Shown: one piece after another, positions 33,301 to 45,167 of the stretch
How the letters are laid out: the number at the start of each line of letters is the position of its first letter
Position numbering within the stretch: position 1 is the stretch's first letter
Assembly: GCA_963842685.1 (NCBI GenBank)
Contig: CAWJHT010000041.1
Location: forward strand, 18,282-82,281
Reading direction: 5' to 3'
DNA length: 64,000 nucleotides
DNA from: an uncultured delta proteobacterium
GTDB taxonomy: Bacteria; Desulfobacterota; Syntrophia; Syntrophales; UBA5619
Made by a program: the position numbers and the translations under genes
The notes under the pieces: generated by a model
What the model saw: only the letters and a program-made list of their open reading frames with translations
Database searches by the model: none
Told to the model about the DNA's origin: nothing

Positions 33301-33762
33301 ATGAAGAAAGCAGACAGGATATTTGCGATCATTTGCCTGGGATTGAGCGGCTGGCTCATCCGGGAATCGTTCAAGTATGATTATATGACCATGTACACCC
33401 CCGGTCCCGGCTTTCACCCCTTCTGGCTGGGAATCTGTCTTGGCCTGCTCTCTCTTTATTTGCTCTTTGACACCTTCCGGCGCAGGGATGCCAAGGAGGA
33501 GGGTCAGTCGATATCTGCCGGGGAAGAAGGGGCTGATCCGGGGGGTCTGATCCTGCTGATCACGGCGGGGCTGGCGCTTCTGATGACCCGGCTGGGGTTC
33601 GTGCTGAGTTCCTTTGTCTTCATTGTGCTGACGCTCGCCATCCTGGAGAAATTCAAGATCTTCAAGAGTATCCTGTATGGCGCAGTGATGAGCGGCGCCA
33701 TCTTTCTGATTTTTCGCTACTGGCTTGAGGTTGACCTTCCTAAGGGATGGTTGGGATTCTAG
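33301..33762 (+). CDS. tctB: Tripartite tricarboxylate transporter small membrane subunit TctB, copy 1
   Basis: Intact four-TM small protein located between tctC and tctA. Confidence 0.75.
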   Translation: MKKADRIFAIICLGLSGWLIRESFKYDYMTMYTPGPGFHPFWLGICLGLLSLYLLFDTFRRRDAKEEGQSISAGEEGADPGGLILLITAGLALLMTRLGFVLSSFVFIVLTLAILEKFKIFKSILYGAVMSGAIFLIFRYWLEVDLPKGWLGF

Positions 33763-33777
33763 CAGGAGGAGCAGTCC

Positions 33778-35280
33778 ATGGATGTTTTGCATAGCTTAAT
33801 GCATGGCTTTTCGATTTTTTTCACCCCATACAACCTCTGGATGGCGGTGGTGGGCTGTTTTTTCGGCACCCTGGTGGGCGTCCTGCCCGGTCTGGGGGCT
33901 TCGGCCACGATCGCCCTGCTGATCCCCTTTACCTTCGGGATGAACGCGACGGCCGCCATGATCATGATTTGCTCCCTCTATTACGGATCGAAATACGGGG
34001 GTTCCATCACGTCGATCCTGATCAACATCCCCGGTGAGAACGCCTCGGTGGTCACCACCTTCGACGGCTATCAGATGGCCCTCCAGGGGCGCGCAGGCGC
34101 CGCCCTGGGGATCGCCGCCATTGGCTCGTTTATCGGCGGCATCCTGGGCACCTTCGGGCTGATTTTCGTTGCCGTCCCCCTGGCCCAGTTCAGTCTGAAA
34201 TTCGGTCCGGCCGAATATTTCAGCCTCATCATCATGGGGATGCTCACCATTGTTTTTGTGGGCGGCAAATCCATCACCAAATCCCTGATGAGCGGCGTCA
34301 TCGGGATTTCCCTGGGGGTGGTGGGGTCGGACATCGTTCAGGGGGCCCCCCGCTTCGTGTTCGGCATCCCCGAACTGATGGACGGCATCGACTTTGTCGT
34401 GGTCGTCATGGGGATCTTCGGTCTCGGGGAAGTCCTCGTCTCGGCCGAAGAGTACATGAAAATGGATTCCATCAAGGTCCCCTTTGCCAAACTATGGCCG
34501 ACTTTCAGGGATCTGGCGGACTCCAAATGGGCCATTCTCCGAGGGACGGCAATCGGCTTTGTCATCGGCGCACTGCCCGGGGCGGGGGCGACGATCGCCT
34601 CCTTTTTGTCTTATGGCGTAGAGAAGAGCGCCTCCAAGCATCCGGAACGTTTCGGCAAGGGGGCGATCGAAGGAGTCGCCGGACCCGAGACTGCCAACAA
34701 CGCCGCCTGCTCCGGCGCCATGGCCCCTCTGCTGGCCTTGGGCATTCCGGGATCCGGGGCGACAGCCGTGATGCTGGGAGCTCTGATGCTCTATGGACTG
34801 AAACCCGGCCCTATGCTCTTTACGACCAGCCCCGATTTCGTCTGGGCGCTCATCGCCAGCATGTTCGTCGGGAATGTGATCCTGCTGATCATGAACCTCC
34901 CCATGGTGCCCCTGTTCGCCCTGAGTCTCCGGATCTCTTACAGCCTTCTGTACCCCATCATCATCGTGATCTGCATGATCGGCGTCTATTCGCTCAACAG
35001 CAGCATCTTTGATATCTGGATGATGTGGGTCTTCGGCATCATCGGCTATTTCATGAAAAAATACGACATCTCCGGCGCCCCCCTAATCATCGGCCTGGTG
35101 CTGGGTCCCATCCTGGAGCAGTCCCTCTACCGGGCTCTTTCCCTGGCTCACGGAAGTATGCTGGTTTTTGTGACGCGTCCGATTTCGGCGACGCTCTTGG
35201 GCATCGCCGTCGTGATGTCTATTTTTGTCTCTTTGAAAACAATCAAAACTGCGCGGAAACAGCTCTCCGAAGAGGTCTGA
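33778..35280 (+). CDS. tctA: Tripartite tricarboxylate transporter large permease TctA, copy 1
   Basis: Intact 500-aa polytopic protein: [45 protein letters not shown]. Confidence 0.9.
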   Translation: MDVLHSLMHGFSIFFTPYNLWMAVVGCFFGTLVGVLPGLGASATIALLIPFTFGMNATAAMIMICSLYYGSKYGGSITSILINIPGENASVVTTFDGYQMALQGRAGAALGIAAIGSFIGGILGTFGLIFVAVPLAQFSLKFGPAEYFSLIIMGMLTIVFVGGKSITKSLMSGVIGISLGVVGSDIVQGAPRFVFGIPELMDGIDFVVVVMGIFGLGEVLVSAEEYMKMDSIKVPFAKLWPTFRDLADSKWAILRGTAIGFVIGALPGAGATIASFLSYGVEKSASKHPERFGKGAIEGVAGPETANNAACSGAMAPLLALGIPGSGATAVMLGALMLYGLKPGPMLFTTSPDFVWALIASMFVGNVILLIMNLPMVPLFALSLRISYSLLYPIIIVICMIGVYSLNSSIFDIWMMWVFGIIGYFMKKYDISGAPLIIGLVLGPILEQSLYRALSLAHGSMLVFVTRPISATLLGIAVVMSIFVSLKTIKTARKQLSEEV

Positions 35281-35399
35281 TAGGGGGATGCCCTTTCCGG
35301 GTCCGGCCGGCGGATCGGATGGTTTTTTCATCCCGTTCCAGCCTGCCGGGAGAGTATGGTGAATCGTATGAATGGGTGGATGTTTTCAGGAGTCGGCAG

Positions 35400-35546
35400 A
35401 TGATCATCGATCGGGAAACCTGCATCGGGTGCGGAAGGAGGATGGCCTGCTCCTGCCCCTGTGGTATCTTCAATGTCCCCCGAACAGTGGAGGTCCTCAA
35501 AACCATGGCCGCCAAACAGGGGTCCGCGGGCGGGGATGAGAAATGA
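35400..35546 (+). CDS. 48-aa Cys-rich mini-ORF. It resembles the N-terminus of the ferredoxin-domain gene joined to the C-terminus of the Cys-x-Cys gene, and is translationally coupled (ATGA) to the PrpD-family gene
   Basis: MIIDRETCIGCGRRMACSCPCGIFNVPRTVEVLKTMAAKQGSAGGDEK. Compare MKIDPEKCIAC... and ...PCPCGIFNT... Confidence 0.4.
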   Translation: MIIDRETCIGCGRRMACSCPCGIFNVPRTVEVLKTMAAKQGSAGGDEK

Positions 35547-36920
35547 CGGGAGAAAGGCAGACCGGCGGAGAGATCATCGGCCGTCTGAGCGCCTACGTGG
35601 CTGCGAGCGGGGAGACCGAACTCCCGCGGGAAGTGATCCACAAGGCCAAGCACCATATCCTCGACACCCTGGGGGCGATCGTCTGCGGTTCGAACCTGAA
35701 GCCCGGCCTGCTCGCCAAGCGGTTTGTCGCTGAGCAGGGGGGGGCGGCCGAGGCGCAGGTGGCGGGTTCCGCCGTCGTCACCACGGCGGTCCAGGCCGCC
35801 TTTGCCATGGGGATGATGGCCCATTCCGACGAGACCGACGACTCCCATGAACGGGCGGGCATGCACCCCGGCTGCGCGATCGTCCCGGCCGCCCTGGCCG
35901 TCGCCCAGAGAGAGGGGGCGGATGGGACCAGATTCATCAGGTCTGTCGTGGCCGGTTACGACATCGGCTGCCGTATGACCCAGGCCCTGGGGGTGCAGAA
36001 CGTTCGATCCCGCGCCCTGTCCCTGCACGGGATCGGGACCAATTTCGGGGCGGCCGCCGCCGCGGCGTCTCTTCTGGGGCTCAAGGAGGCGTCGGTCCGC
36101 TTCGTCTGGGATTATTCCTGTCAGCAGGATTCGGGCAAATACTACTGGATGCGCGACAGGGACCACGTGGAGAAGGCCTTCGTCTTCGCCGCGATGGGGG
36201 CCCGCAATGGGGTCACCTCGGCGCTCCTGGTCCAGTCTGGATTTACTGGAGTTGACGACGCCTTCAGCGGCGAGAACAACTATTTCGAGTCCTTTGGCCC
36301 GGGTGTAAACCCGGGACAGCTCATCGAGGAGCTTGGCAGCCGTTACGAGATCCAGCACACCGACATCAAGAAATACTCCGTCGGCGCTCCGATCCAGGCC
36401 CCTCTCGACGCCCTTTTGATCCTGAGGGAGCGGCATGGCCTGAGGGCCGCGGACGTAGAGGCCATCAACGCCCGCGTTCCCGACGACCGCGTCCTCATCG
36501 TCAGAGACAGGGACATGCCTGACGTCGATCTGAAGCACGTCCTGGCCGTCGCCCTGATCGACGGCACGATGACCTTCGAGGCCTCCCATTCCTATGAACG
36601 GATGAAGGACCCGCAGGTGCTGGGGGTCCGCGAGGATCTCCCTGGTGGGCGACCCCGGGCTCAGGACGGCGAAGGTTAAGCGCGGCGGGATCGTGGAGAT
36701 CACGACCCGGGACGGCACAAGGCTCAGAGAGCACGTCGAGCTTGTCCGCGGCCGTCCCGGAAACCCCATGTCCGACATGGAGATCGAACAGAAATGCACG
36801 GACCTGATGCGGCCGGTGCTGGGCGAGGAGCGGACCGCGTGCCTGATCGAGCGGATATGGAACCTGGAGAAGGTCGAGGACATGCGCGAGTTCAGGTCCC
36901 TGCTTTCCCCTCAGAGCTGA
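35543..36920 (+). pseudogene. MmgE/PrpD-family protein (2-methylcitrate dehydratase-like); frame break ~36640
   Basis: HHILDTLGAIVCGS, AHSDETDDSH, HPGCAIVPAALAVA. The C-terminal part is in ORF 36645..36920. Confidence 0.8.
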
Positions 36921-37131
36921 CAACCAGGCGTCCCCTAAGCGGAGACGTTTCATCCGCGAGATCATCAGACCCTGTGACGACCTGCATGTTTTACCGGGTG
37001 CCGACACTCTATCGTCACCCTTTTTCTGGCCCGGTGACTACACACCTATTCCGCAATGCTCCGCAGGGGTGTGGTCTCCTCAGGGGGCCGGTTCTGCTCC
37101 CCGAGAAAGCCATCCAGGTGATGCAACGGAT

Positions 37132-38484
37132 CTAGACTGCCGGAGGGGCTGCCGTGAATGCCAGAATCTTTTCGCACCAGGCGGCGACGTCGAGGAGCCG
37201 TTCCTCGCCGTAGGGCTGGGCCGCTATCTGCATCGCAAAGGGAAGTCCGTTGGCGTCGAGACCCGTTGGAAGCGACATTGCCGGGAACCCGGCGACGCTC
37301 CAGGGCTGGTTGAAGAGGCTCGATCCGGTGGAGGAGAGACCCCGTGGGGCCGTCGTCGCGGCGACCGGCATGATCACCGCATCCACGTCGGCCATCTTTT
37401 CGCTCATCTCCCGCTGGAAGAGGATCCGGTAGCGGTGGTGTTCCACATACTCGTGGCCGGAGATGGAAGCTCCCTTCTCCAGGCGGACCTTGAGTTTCGG
37501 CGGGTAGTCGTCCCTGTAGGCCTCGAAGAGGTGGCGGTGATAGGCGTAGAGTTCCGCCTGCTTGATGATGCTCCAGCAGGGGCCGACAAAGGCAAAGGAG
37601 GGGGAAAGGCGAGCTCGACGATCTCCGCGCCGGCCTGGAGGAAGTTGTTCACGCACGGCGGCGAGGTTCGCCAGGACCTCCGGGGAGGTCTCGGCCTCGA
37701 AAAACTCCCGGATGTAACCGAGACGCGGCGGGGCGCCCGCGATCCGGGCGCGGGAGCGTAGCGGCGGCTCCGGCATCCGGGCGAACGGGCGGGGCTCCTT
37801 CTCGCGGATGCAGGGCCAGAGGATCGCGGCGTCGGCCACCGAGCGGCAATGGAAGCCCACATGGTCGATGGTCCAGGAATTAGGCAGCACACCTTCGTTG
37901 CTCACCTCGCCGTAGGTCGCCTTGAAACCGACGATTCCGTTGTAGGCGGCCGGCCGGAGGAGCGAACCCCCCGTCTGCGTCCCCAGGGCCGCCGGGCACA
38001 TCCGGTCCGCCACGGCGGCGCCCGGAGCCGCTGCTCGATCCGCCCGGTGTGTGCTCGGGGTTCCAGGGGTTCCGGGTGATCGTGGGGTCGTTGTTGGCGA
38101 ACGGGGTCGTCTCCGTCTTGCCCAGGAAGATCGCCCCCGCATTCCGGAGACGGGCAATCACCGGGGCATCCTCGCGGGGGACGGTCGCCGGGTAGACCGG
38201 CGTTCCGCAGCGGGTGTATTGCCCACGGACGTCAATGATGTCCTTGACCCCGAGGGGGATGCCGTGGAGCGGTCCCCGGGGTTTGGCCTTCCTGCAATTC
38301 ACGGTCGCAGCGGCGCGCCTCTGCGAGGGCCTGCTTGTTCGTACACCTCGACCCAGGCGTGAATGGTTTCCTCCCGCGCATGGATCCGCTCCAGGCACGA
38401 CTCCACAAGCCTTTCCGCCGTCAGTTTGCCGGCCTTCATCCGTTCGCCGGCCTCCGGGATTGTCAACTCTCTCGGTTCCCGCAT
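37132..38484 (-). pseudogene. Amidase-signature family amidase (GatA-like); at least three frame breaks
   Basis: GIPLGVKDII and the GGSSSGS signature. Pieces lie in ORFs 38299..38484, 37880..38398 and 37132..38157. Confidence 0.8.
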
Positions 38485-38584
38485 GGAGTTCTATCTCCTA
38501 TGGCGTTATGTTTACTGGGGAAAGGCCCCGGCCACCTTCCTGCGGCGCCCGAGGCCTTCGGTTTCAGAGAATTTAAAATACTGG

Positions 38585-40093
38585 TTACTCCTCCGCCTCC
38601 TCGATGGCGGCCTTCTTCCCCTTCAGGCTCCTGATGCCGACGTAGAGGGACATCAGGACGATGATCCCCAGCAGCGTGGCCGAGATCGGCCGCTGGACGA
38701 AGACCAGCAGGTTCCCGTGGGAGAGGTTCAGCGCCTGGTAGAGGGACCTCTCCATCATCGGCCCCATCAGGAGCGCCATCAGCATCGGCGCGGCGGGGAC
38801 ATCCCCCTTCTTCATGAAATAGCCGCAGATGGCGAAGACCAGCATCAGCCCCACCTCGAAGAGGCCCGAGGCGACCGCGTAGGCGCCGACGATGCAGACG
38901 ATGAGGATCGCCGGGTAGATGAGGCCGTAGGGGATCCTGAGGAGCGAGGCGAAGAGCGGCACCAGGGGGAGGTTCATGACGATCAGGATGCATGTTCCCG
39001 ATGAACATCGAGGCCATGACCGCCCAGACGAAATCGGCGTTCTCGACGAAGATCATGGGACCGGGCTTCAGGCCGTAGAGGATCATCCCTCCCAGGAGGA
39101 CCGCCGTGGCCCCCGATCCGGGGATGCCCAGGGAGAACATCGGGACCATCGCCCCGGAGACCGCGGCGTTGTTGGAGGACTCCGGCCCCGCGACCCCTTC
39201 CATGACGCCGGTGCCGAATTTCTCCGGGTGCTTGGAGACGCTCTTTTCCACGCCGTAGGCTCAGGAAGGAGGCGATCGTCGGCCCGGACCCCGGGATGCA
39301 GCAGATGCAGAAGCCGACGAGGGTGCCCCGGAGGATCGCCCAGCGGCAGTACCAGATCTCCGACAATTTTCGGGAAGAGGTCCCGGAACTTGACCTTCAT
39401 CGGCACGATCTTCATGAACTCCTCGGCGGATTCGAGGACCTCGGCGATGCCGAAGGTCCCCATGACGAGGATGACGAAATCGATGCCGTCCAGGAGCTCG
39501 GATATCCCGTAGACGAACCGGTCCTTCCCCTCGACGATGTCGGTCCCGACGGTGCCGAGGCCGAGGCCGATGACCATGCTCATCAGGGATTTCGTGACGT
39601 CCTTGCCGCTGACGAAGATGATCGTGAACATCCCCATGAGGACGAGGCTGAACATCTCGGCCGGACCGAACTTGAGGCTGAACTCGGCGAGGGTGGACGC
39701 GGTGAAGGCGAGGCCGATCGTGCCGATGATGCCGGCGAAGAAGGAGCCGATGGCGGAGAGGCCCAGGGCCGTTCCCGCCTTTCCCTGCAGGGCGAGCTGG
39801 TGCCCCTCGATCGCCGTGATCACCGAGGAGGCCTCCCCGGGGACGTTGACGAGGATCGAGGTGGTGGAGCCGCCGTACATCGCCCCGTAGTAAAGGGAGC
39901 AGAGCATGATCATCGCGGGGGTGGCGTCCATGCCGAAGGTGATCGGCAGGATGATGGCCATCGTCGCCGAGGGGCCGAGGCCGGGGAGGATCCCGACCAT
40001 CGTCCCGAGGAAGGCGCCCAGGGCGGCCATCGAGAGATTGTAAGGGGTGAGGCAGGTCGCGAACCCGCCCATTAAATTAGTGATGACATCCAT
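38585..40093 (-). pseudogene. tctA: TctA large permease, copy 2; at least two frame breaks
   Basis: Paralog of 33778..35280: MDVITNLMGGF...GILPGLGPSATMAIILP. Pieces lie in ORFs 39083..40093, 38463..39251 and 38585..38977. Confidence 0.8.
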
Positions 40094-40114
40094 TTTGCTC
40101 TCCTTCTCCTTTCG

Positions 40115-40579
40115 CTAAATTCCCAGGAATCCCTTGGGGAAGCCCATGGTCAGGATGTATTGGAAGACGAACCAGGTCACGGCCGAGTAGGCGATCCCGT
40201 AGCCGACACTCTTGAGGATGCTGTACTGCTCCAGGAACGACAGGATCGCCGTCGTGAACAGGGCGAGCGTGAGGGGAAAGCCAAGGGATATTCATGGAGA
40301 ATCGTACGCCGAAGAGCATCAGCATGATGGCGCCGACGCGGATGAGGGCGTGCTTTTCGGGAAGGAGCTTCTTCGTTGTCCTTCTCGCTCGGTTTGCGTT
40401 TGAAGGTGTCGAGGAGAAGATAACAGGAAAGGAGTGCCAGGACGACCCCCACCCAGAAGGGCATGAAACCCGGTCCGGGGGTGAACTCTGTCATATAGTG
40501 TAAATTTTCTGGATTCGAGGTAGCACCAGAGGGCGAGCCCCAGCCCGATCACCCCGAAGATACGATCCGCTTTTCTCAT
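40115..40579 (-). pseudogene. tctB: TctB small subunit, copy 2; at least two frame breaks
   Basis: MRKADRIFGVIGLGLALWCYLESRKF parallels copy 1 (MKKADRIFAIICLGLSGWLIRESFKY). The tail ...GFPKGFLGI* ends at 40115. Confidence 0.65.
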
Positions 40580-40667
40580 AACTTGTCCTCCTGCAGTGGG
40601 GGTCTCCCGGTTTTAACCGCTATTTGTTTTCCTCCATGTACTTGAGGTCTTCCTGATGAGTTCCGCG

Positions 40668-41599
40668 TTACGTAGCCCACGAGAACGCCTTGGTCTCCGC
40701 CGCCGTCTTGTAGGCCGGGACGTAGTCGGACTTCTTCATGAACTCAGCGAACTCCTTGGTCTTCATCAGCTTCGCGAAGGCGTCCTGCCAGAACTTGTAC
40801 GCCTCGGTCGGGAAGTTCGGGCCGCCGAAGAACCCTCGGAACTGGGTGAAGGAGGCGTTGGTCCCCTGTTCGTTCAGGGTGGGGATGTCCTTGTAGTAGG
40901 GGACCCGGCGCTCGCCCATGTTGGCCAGGACCCTGGCGCGCTTGGCCTTCACATGGCTCGACGTCTCGGCGGTGTTCCCGAAGGCCATGTCGATGTGGCC
41001 GCCGATCAACTGGGTCGGGCTGAACTCGAAGGCGGTGATGTTGAACTTCACGCCCGCCACCCGCTCGATCCGGGCGGCCATGATGTGTTCCGAGCCGCCG
41101 ACGCTGTTGATCCCGACGCTCACCTTCTTGGGGTTCGCCTTGGCGTCGGCGATCAGGTCCTTGACGGTCTTGTAGGGCGATTTATAGGGGACGATCATGA
41201 CGTTCCCGTCTTCGACAAGCGTGCTCAGCCAGGTGACGTCCTCGATCTTCATCTGGGTCGTGCCGCGGATCATCGCATTGAGCTGGGCGGTCGTCCACAT
41301 CTGCACGACGTACGGGTCGCCCGCCTTTCGAGTTCAGGTAGTTGAGGGCCACGGCGGATGAGCCGCCCTGGCGGGTCTGGACCTGGATCTTGTTCTTTAC
41401 GATCCCGGTCTTGTTCAGGATGTCGGCGCAGGTGAGGACGAACAGGCCGGCGCCGCCGCCGGGCGAAGAGTGGTGCAGAAATTCGATCACCTTTTCCCTC
41501 TTCAGGGTAGGCGGCCTGGGCCGCGGGGGCGATCGCCAGGGTGAAGGCGAACAGCGAAAAAACGGCAACGATGGAAGATAAGAAACGTCTCTTTTTCAT
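40668..41599 (-). pseudogene. tctC: TctC substrate-binding protein, copy 2; two frame breaks
   Basis: Signal peptide MKKRRFLSSIVAVFSLF. HHSSPGGGAGLF is in a second frame. ORF 40668..41306 carries the remainder. Confidence 0.8.
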
Positions 41600-41693
41600 G
41601 ATAATCTCCTTTTCTTCGTGTCAGGGGCATCGGAAGCGACGCCCCTTCGGTTAGTGGTTCTAAAGCCCCTTGTAAAATATGGCTTTTGCGTCC

Positions 41694-42427
41694 TCACCTC
41701 CTTTCCCGTTTATTGTTAGTTATCGAACATCTCTCTTCCCCCAAAGGGGGATCTGCCATATAGAATCCTTCAGCGGCTCTCTCCATCCGGATTTCTTTCC
41801 CGTGCACGGCGTCGAGGATCTGCTCGCAGCGGTCGGTGTTGAAGATCCCGCAGGGGCAGGGCTGGGCGAGGAGATGGGCGCCCTTCTCGGGGGTCATCTT
41901 CCCCGCCTTCACCCGTTCCATGACGACCTTCGTGAGCTTGGAGGCGACCATGCCGTGGCCGCACATCGTCGTGATCTGCTGGACCTCGTCCTCGGGGAGG
42001 AGGGCCCTCTTCCCGTGAACGCCGAGGGAGAGAAAGGCCGTGTGCGGTTTGAGACCGATCTCCCCGGCGATCTTGACGATCTCGTCGATCAGGCCGCTGA
42101 TGACGATCGAGATCCCCGTGTCCGCCTCCTTGAGCTTCTTGAGGAACGACCGGACCGCCTCCTTGTCGGAGAAGCAGCCGGCGACGCCGTAGGCCTTGTC
42201 CAGTGTGGCCGCGTACTCTTCGGGCTTCAGGCCGGCCTTGATAGCTCTTCCCCGCCTGGCTGGAGCCGTAGTTGACGAGGTTCTTCTCCTCGAGGGCGAT
42301 GCTCAGGATCTTGCGGAGCTTGGGGCCGCACCCCTCGCGGTTGACGAAGCGGGAGGCCCGGGCGTAAAAGGTGTAGTCGTTCTGAAGCTGTTCTGCTGGT
42401 TCCGTGGCGGTGCAGTGCATGGCTCAT
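41694..42427 (-). pseudogene. Uncharacterised Cys-x-His...Cys-x-Cys protein, copy 3; at least two frame breaks
   Basis: MSHALHRHGT / EQLQNDYTFYARASRFVNREGCGPKLRKILSIA / ...MCGHGMVASKL...PCPCGIFNTDRC. Closely parallels copy 2. Confidence 0.65.
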
Positions 42428-42438
42428 GGCAGATCTCC

Positions 42439-43164
42439 TTATAGTTCGACGATGGGGCGTCCCATCCCCATGTTGATCTTCGCATTCGGCCGGGCGGGAA
42501 CCCCCAGGGCCTCCAGGCGGGCCCGGACCGGCAGGGTGCCGTCTTCGGCGAAGCGGGTCGCCAGCCCCCAGGAAACGACGGTGTCGACCTCGGCGAGGAC
42601 CGGCTGCAGCTGCCGGACGACCTGCTTCGAGCTGCTCCTCCCGGATCTTGAATTCGAGGATGGCGGAGAGGACCTTTTCGTTCCGGAATTCCGGTTTCAC
42701 CTTTCCGGTGAGCGGCTCCTCCAGAAAGGCAAAGACGGCATTGTTCGTCTCCAGCTCCACGTCCATCGTGACGAGGACCTGGAGGACCTTTTCGAGGTCG
42801 GTCATCCGGGCGCCCGTCCCGGGGCGGCCGAATTCGAGGGCCATGCCGTACTCCCCGCGGCGGAACCGGCCGGTCACGTCGTTGGTCTTCATCTCCTCGG
42901 TGCCGCGCCCCCCCTGGTTCGTCGAGGGATGCTAGACGCCCGGGTCGCTGAACTGGGCCCGGAGGGCGCGCGGGTACTGCATTGACCTCCTCCGGCATGT
43001 AGAGGGCGTCCGTCGGGCAGACGCCGACATGCAGGCAGACCCCGCATTCGACGCACTCGTCCTGGTCGATCTGAGACGCCGTCGTCCTTCTCCGCGATGC
43101 AGTTCATCGGGCAGAAGTCGATGCATTCCAGACAGGCAATACATTTTTCAGGATCGATCTTCAT
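42439..43164 (-). pseudogene. 2x[4Fe-4S] ferredoxin-domain protein, copy 3; frame breaks plus an in-frame TAG where copy 2 has Trp
   Basis: MKIDPEKCIACLECIDFCPMNCIAEKDD...; FSDPGV-TAG-HPSTNQGGRGTEEMKTNDVTGRFRRGEYGMALEFGRPGTGARM. The stop codon lies at 42932..42934. Confidence 0.7.
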
Positions 43165-43830
43165 TTTTCCTCTCCGTTCTTGAATATTTCCGGGAACCGT
43201 TCAATCTGGCCGAGGATCGAGTTTTTCCGGATCCGCTCGGCCGCCTCGGCGTCGCCCGCCTCGATGGCGTCGATGATGCGCCGCGTGGATCTTCGTGGAG
43301 TTGGTCATCCAGCCCGGACTGTTCGCGACGGCCAGACGGTAGCGCATCGTCTGCTTGTCGAAGTTCCGGATCAGTTGGATCAGGCGCTGGTTACCGCAGG
43401 CGATGATGATCAGCTCGTGGAATTTCTGGTTCAGATTGCTGATAGGTCGTGCCGTTTTCCTTCTCCGCCGCCCGGATCATCTGCTCGTGCATCTTTTTGA
43501 GTTTCTTCAGGAGCTCGGGCGTCTGTTTCTGGACGGCGAGCGACAGTGGCGAGGCCGTCGAGACTGGCGCGGATGCGGTAGATGTCCTCCGCCTCCTGCG
43601 GTGTGATTTTGGCGACCGAGATCCCTTTCCGCGGTTCGCGGACGACAAATCCCTTGCTCTCCAGGATCTGGAATGCCTCCCGCACGGGAGAACGGCTGAC
43701 CCCGAAGGTCTTGCAGAGCGACTCCTCGATGATCCTCTGTCCCGGTTTCAGTGTCCGGGCGATGATCCTCCGCTCCAGATCCTCGACGATATGTTCCGCC
43801 AGGCTTCTTCTGTCTGATCAATTCGTTCAT
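43161..43830 (-). pseudogene. GntR/FadR-family regulator, copy 2; several frame breaks
   Basis: MNELIRQKK..., SPVREAFQILESKGFVVREPRKGISVAKITPQEAEDIYRIRASLDGLA. The tail EIFKNGEEK* overlaps the start of copy-3 ferredoxin (ATGA), as in copy 1. Confidence 0.7.
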
Positions 43831-43889
43831 GAGACTGCCAGCCCTCCTTTTCCGTCCTGTGGGGAACAGTGAAAACGCCTCTTCATTGT

Positions 43890-45062
43890 TCACGATTTCA
43901 GACCGTACATCCGGGCGGCGTTGTCGTGGAGAATCATCCGCCCTGTCCTTTCCGCATCCCTTTCGGCCATGAGGCCCAGACGGACGGCATCGGTCAGCAC
44001 CTCACCGAGGGCGATCTTCGCGGTTTTGGCGGCAAGCCAGGAGACCTCCGGCGAACCGTGGCCTCCGCTGCCGATCATCAGCTTGGAGAGGGGGGCCAGC
44101 GAGATCACGTCGCGGTAACACCTCGACGATCCGCTGGGAGGTCCAGGGGGTCGTCCAACCCATGTCGACCCAGACATGGGGGAAGGTATGGGCCATCATG
44201 CCGGCGTGCTGCATCCAGGGGTGGCCGGCGTGGAGGAGGATGAGACGCGTCCGGAGGAAACGGGGCTGGCGAAGAATCGGGACGAGGAGAAAGGGATCGG
44301 TGTTGGCGACGGGGCCGTTCCAGAGGCCGCCGGTGATGCCGGTATGGATGTGAATGGGGAACTTCAGCTCCTGGGCCTGGATCATCGTCGCCAGCCAGAC
44401 GGCCATGTAGAGCTTCTTGAAGGCCTCGCCGTCTCCCGCAGCGGCGGCGGGGTAGATCCGTTCGGCCTCGTCGGCCTCCACCGGCGGGGCGCCGAAACCG
44501 ACCAATTCGCCCAGGTGGGACTTGATGCCCACGAAGCCGTCCTGACGGATCGACTTCTCGACGGCATCCTGGAAACTGCGGAGGAGTTCCGGGTAGGAGC
44601 CGCATCGATTTCATAAGGTTCTTGAGGAGCGGGTCCATCTGGAGGAGACGGATTTTCGGACCGGGGGTCAGGTCGAGGATCGGATCGTTGATCGGAAGAT
44701 TGGAGTCCATGACGGAGCAGACGATCCCGGCGTCCTCGTAGAGCATTTTCGCGTAACCGGCCAGTCCCTCCTTCGCCGTCCGGCGGTTCCTTTCGGCTGT
44801 GACGGCCGAAAGCTCCGGCTCGCAGCCGAAGAGCTTGGCGAGCTGGCAGACCATCGGTCAGGACGGCGCCCATATGGGGAAAATGGAACAGGAGGTCATC
44901 GGTGGCGCCCCAGAGCTTGGACTTGGCGACGCCGGCGATGGGGGTGTCGGCGATGCCGTGAAAGAACTCCCGGGCGAGCCATATCGGTTCGATGGTCTTC
45001 TTTTCGGGTTCGAGGACGTGGCAATGGTTGTCTACGACGGGACATTGGGTAAAATCTGGCAT
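43890..45062 (-). pseudogene. Amidohydrolase-2 (metal-dependent TIM-barrel hydrolase/decarboxylase) family protein; several frame breaks
   Basis: MPDFTQCPVVDNHCHV (HxH motif), preceded by GGAGGA. Later pieces include IHIHTG, LILLHAGHPW and a HDNAARMYGL tail. Confidence 0.7.
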
Positions 45063-45167
45063 AATGATGATCCTCCATTCGGAATTGATGAATTTCCCCG
45101 ATACGAGGGGCAGGGAAGCTGAAAACCACCCCTCCGGTTGCAACGATGATGTGCCGATGATGGTAGA

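Larger units (their letters stand above)
41694..43830 (-). repeat. Segmental duplication, copy B (gntR - ferredoxin-domain gene - CxH..CxC gene)
   Basis: See copy A. For example, CAGTTCATCGGGCAGAAGTCGATGCATTCCAG is shared by both ferredoxin genes. Confidence 0.7.

Noticed and set aside
42932-42934. TAG in ferredoxin-domain copy 3 as a pyrrolysine codon.
   Set aside because: The paralog has Trp (TGG) at this position, no pyl genes are seen in the window, and the gene also carries frameshifts. A nonsense mutation or base error is far more likely.
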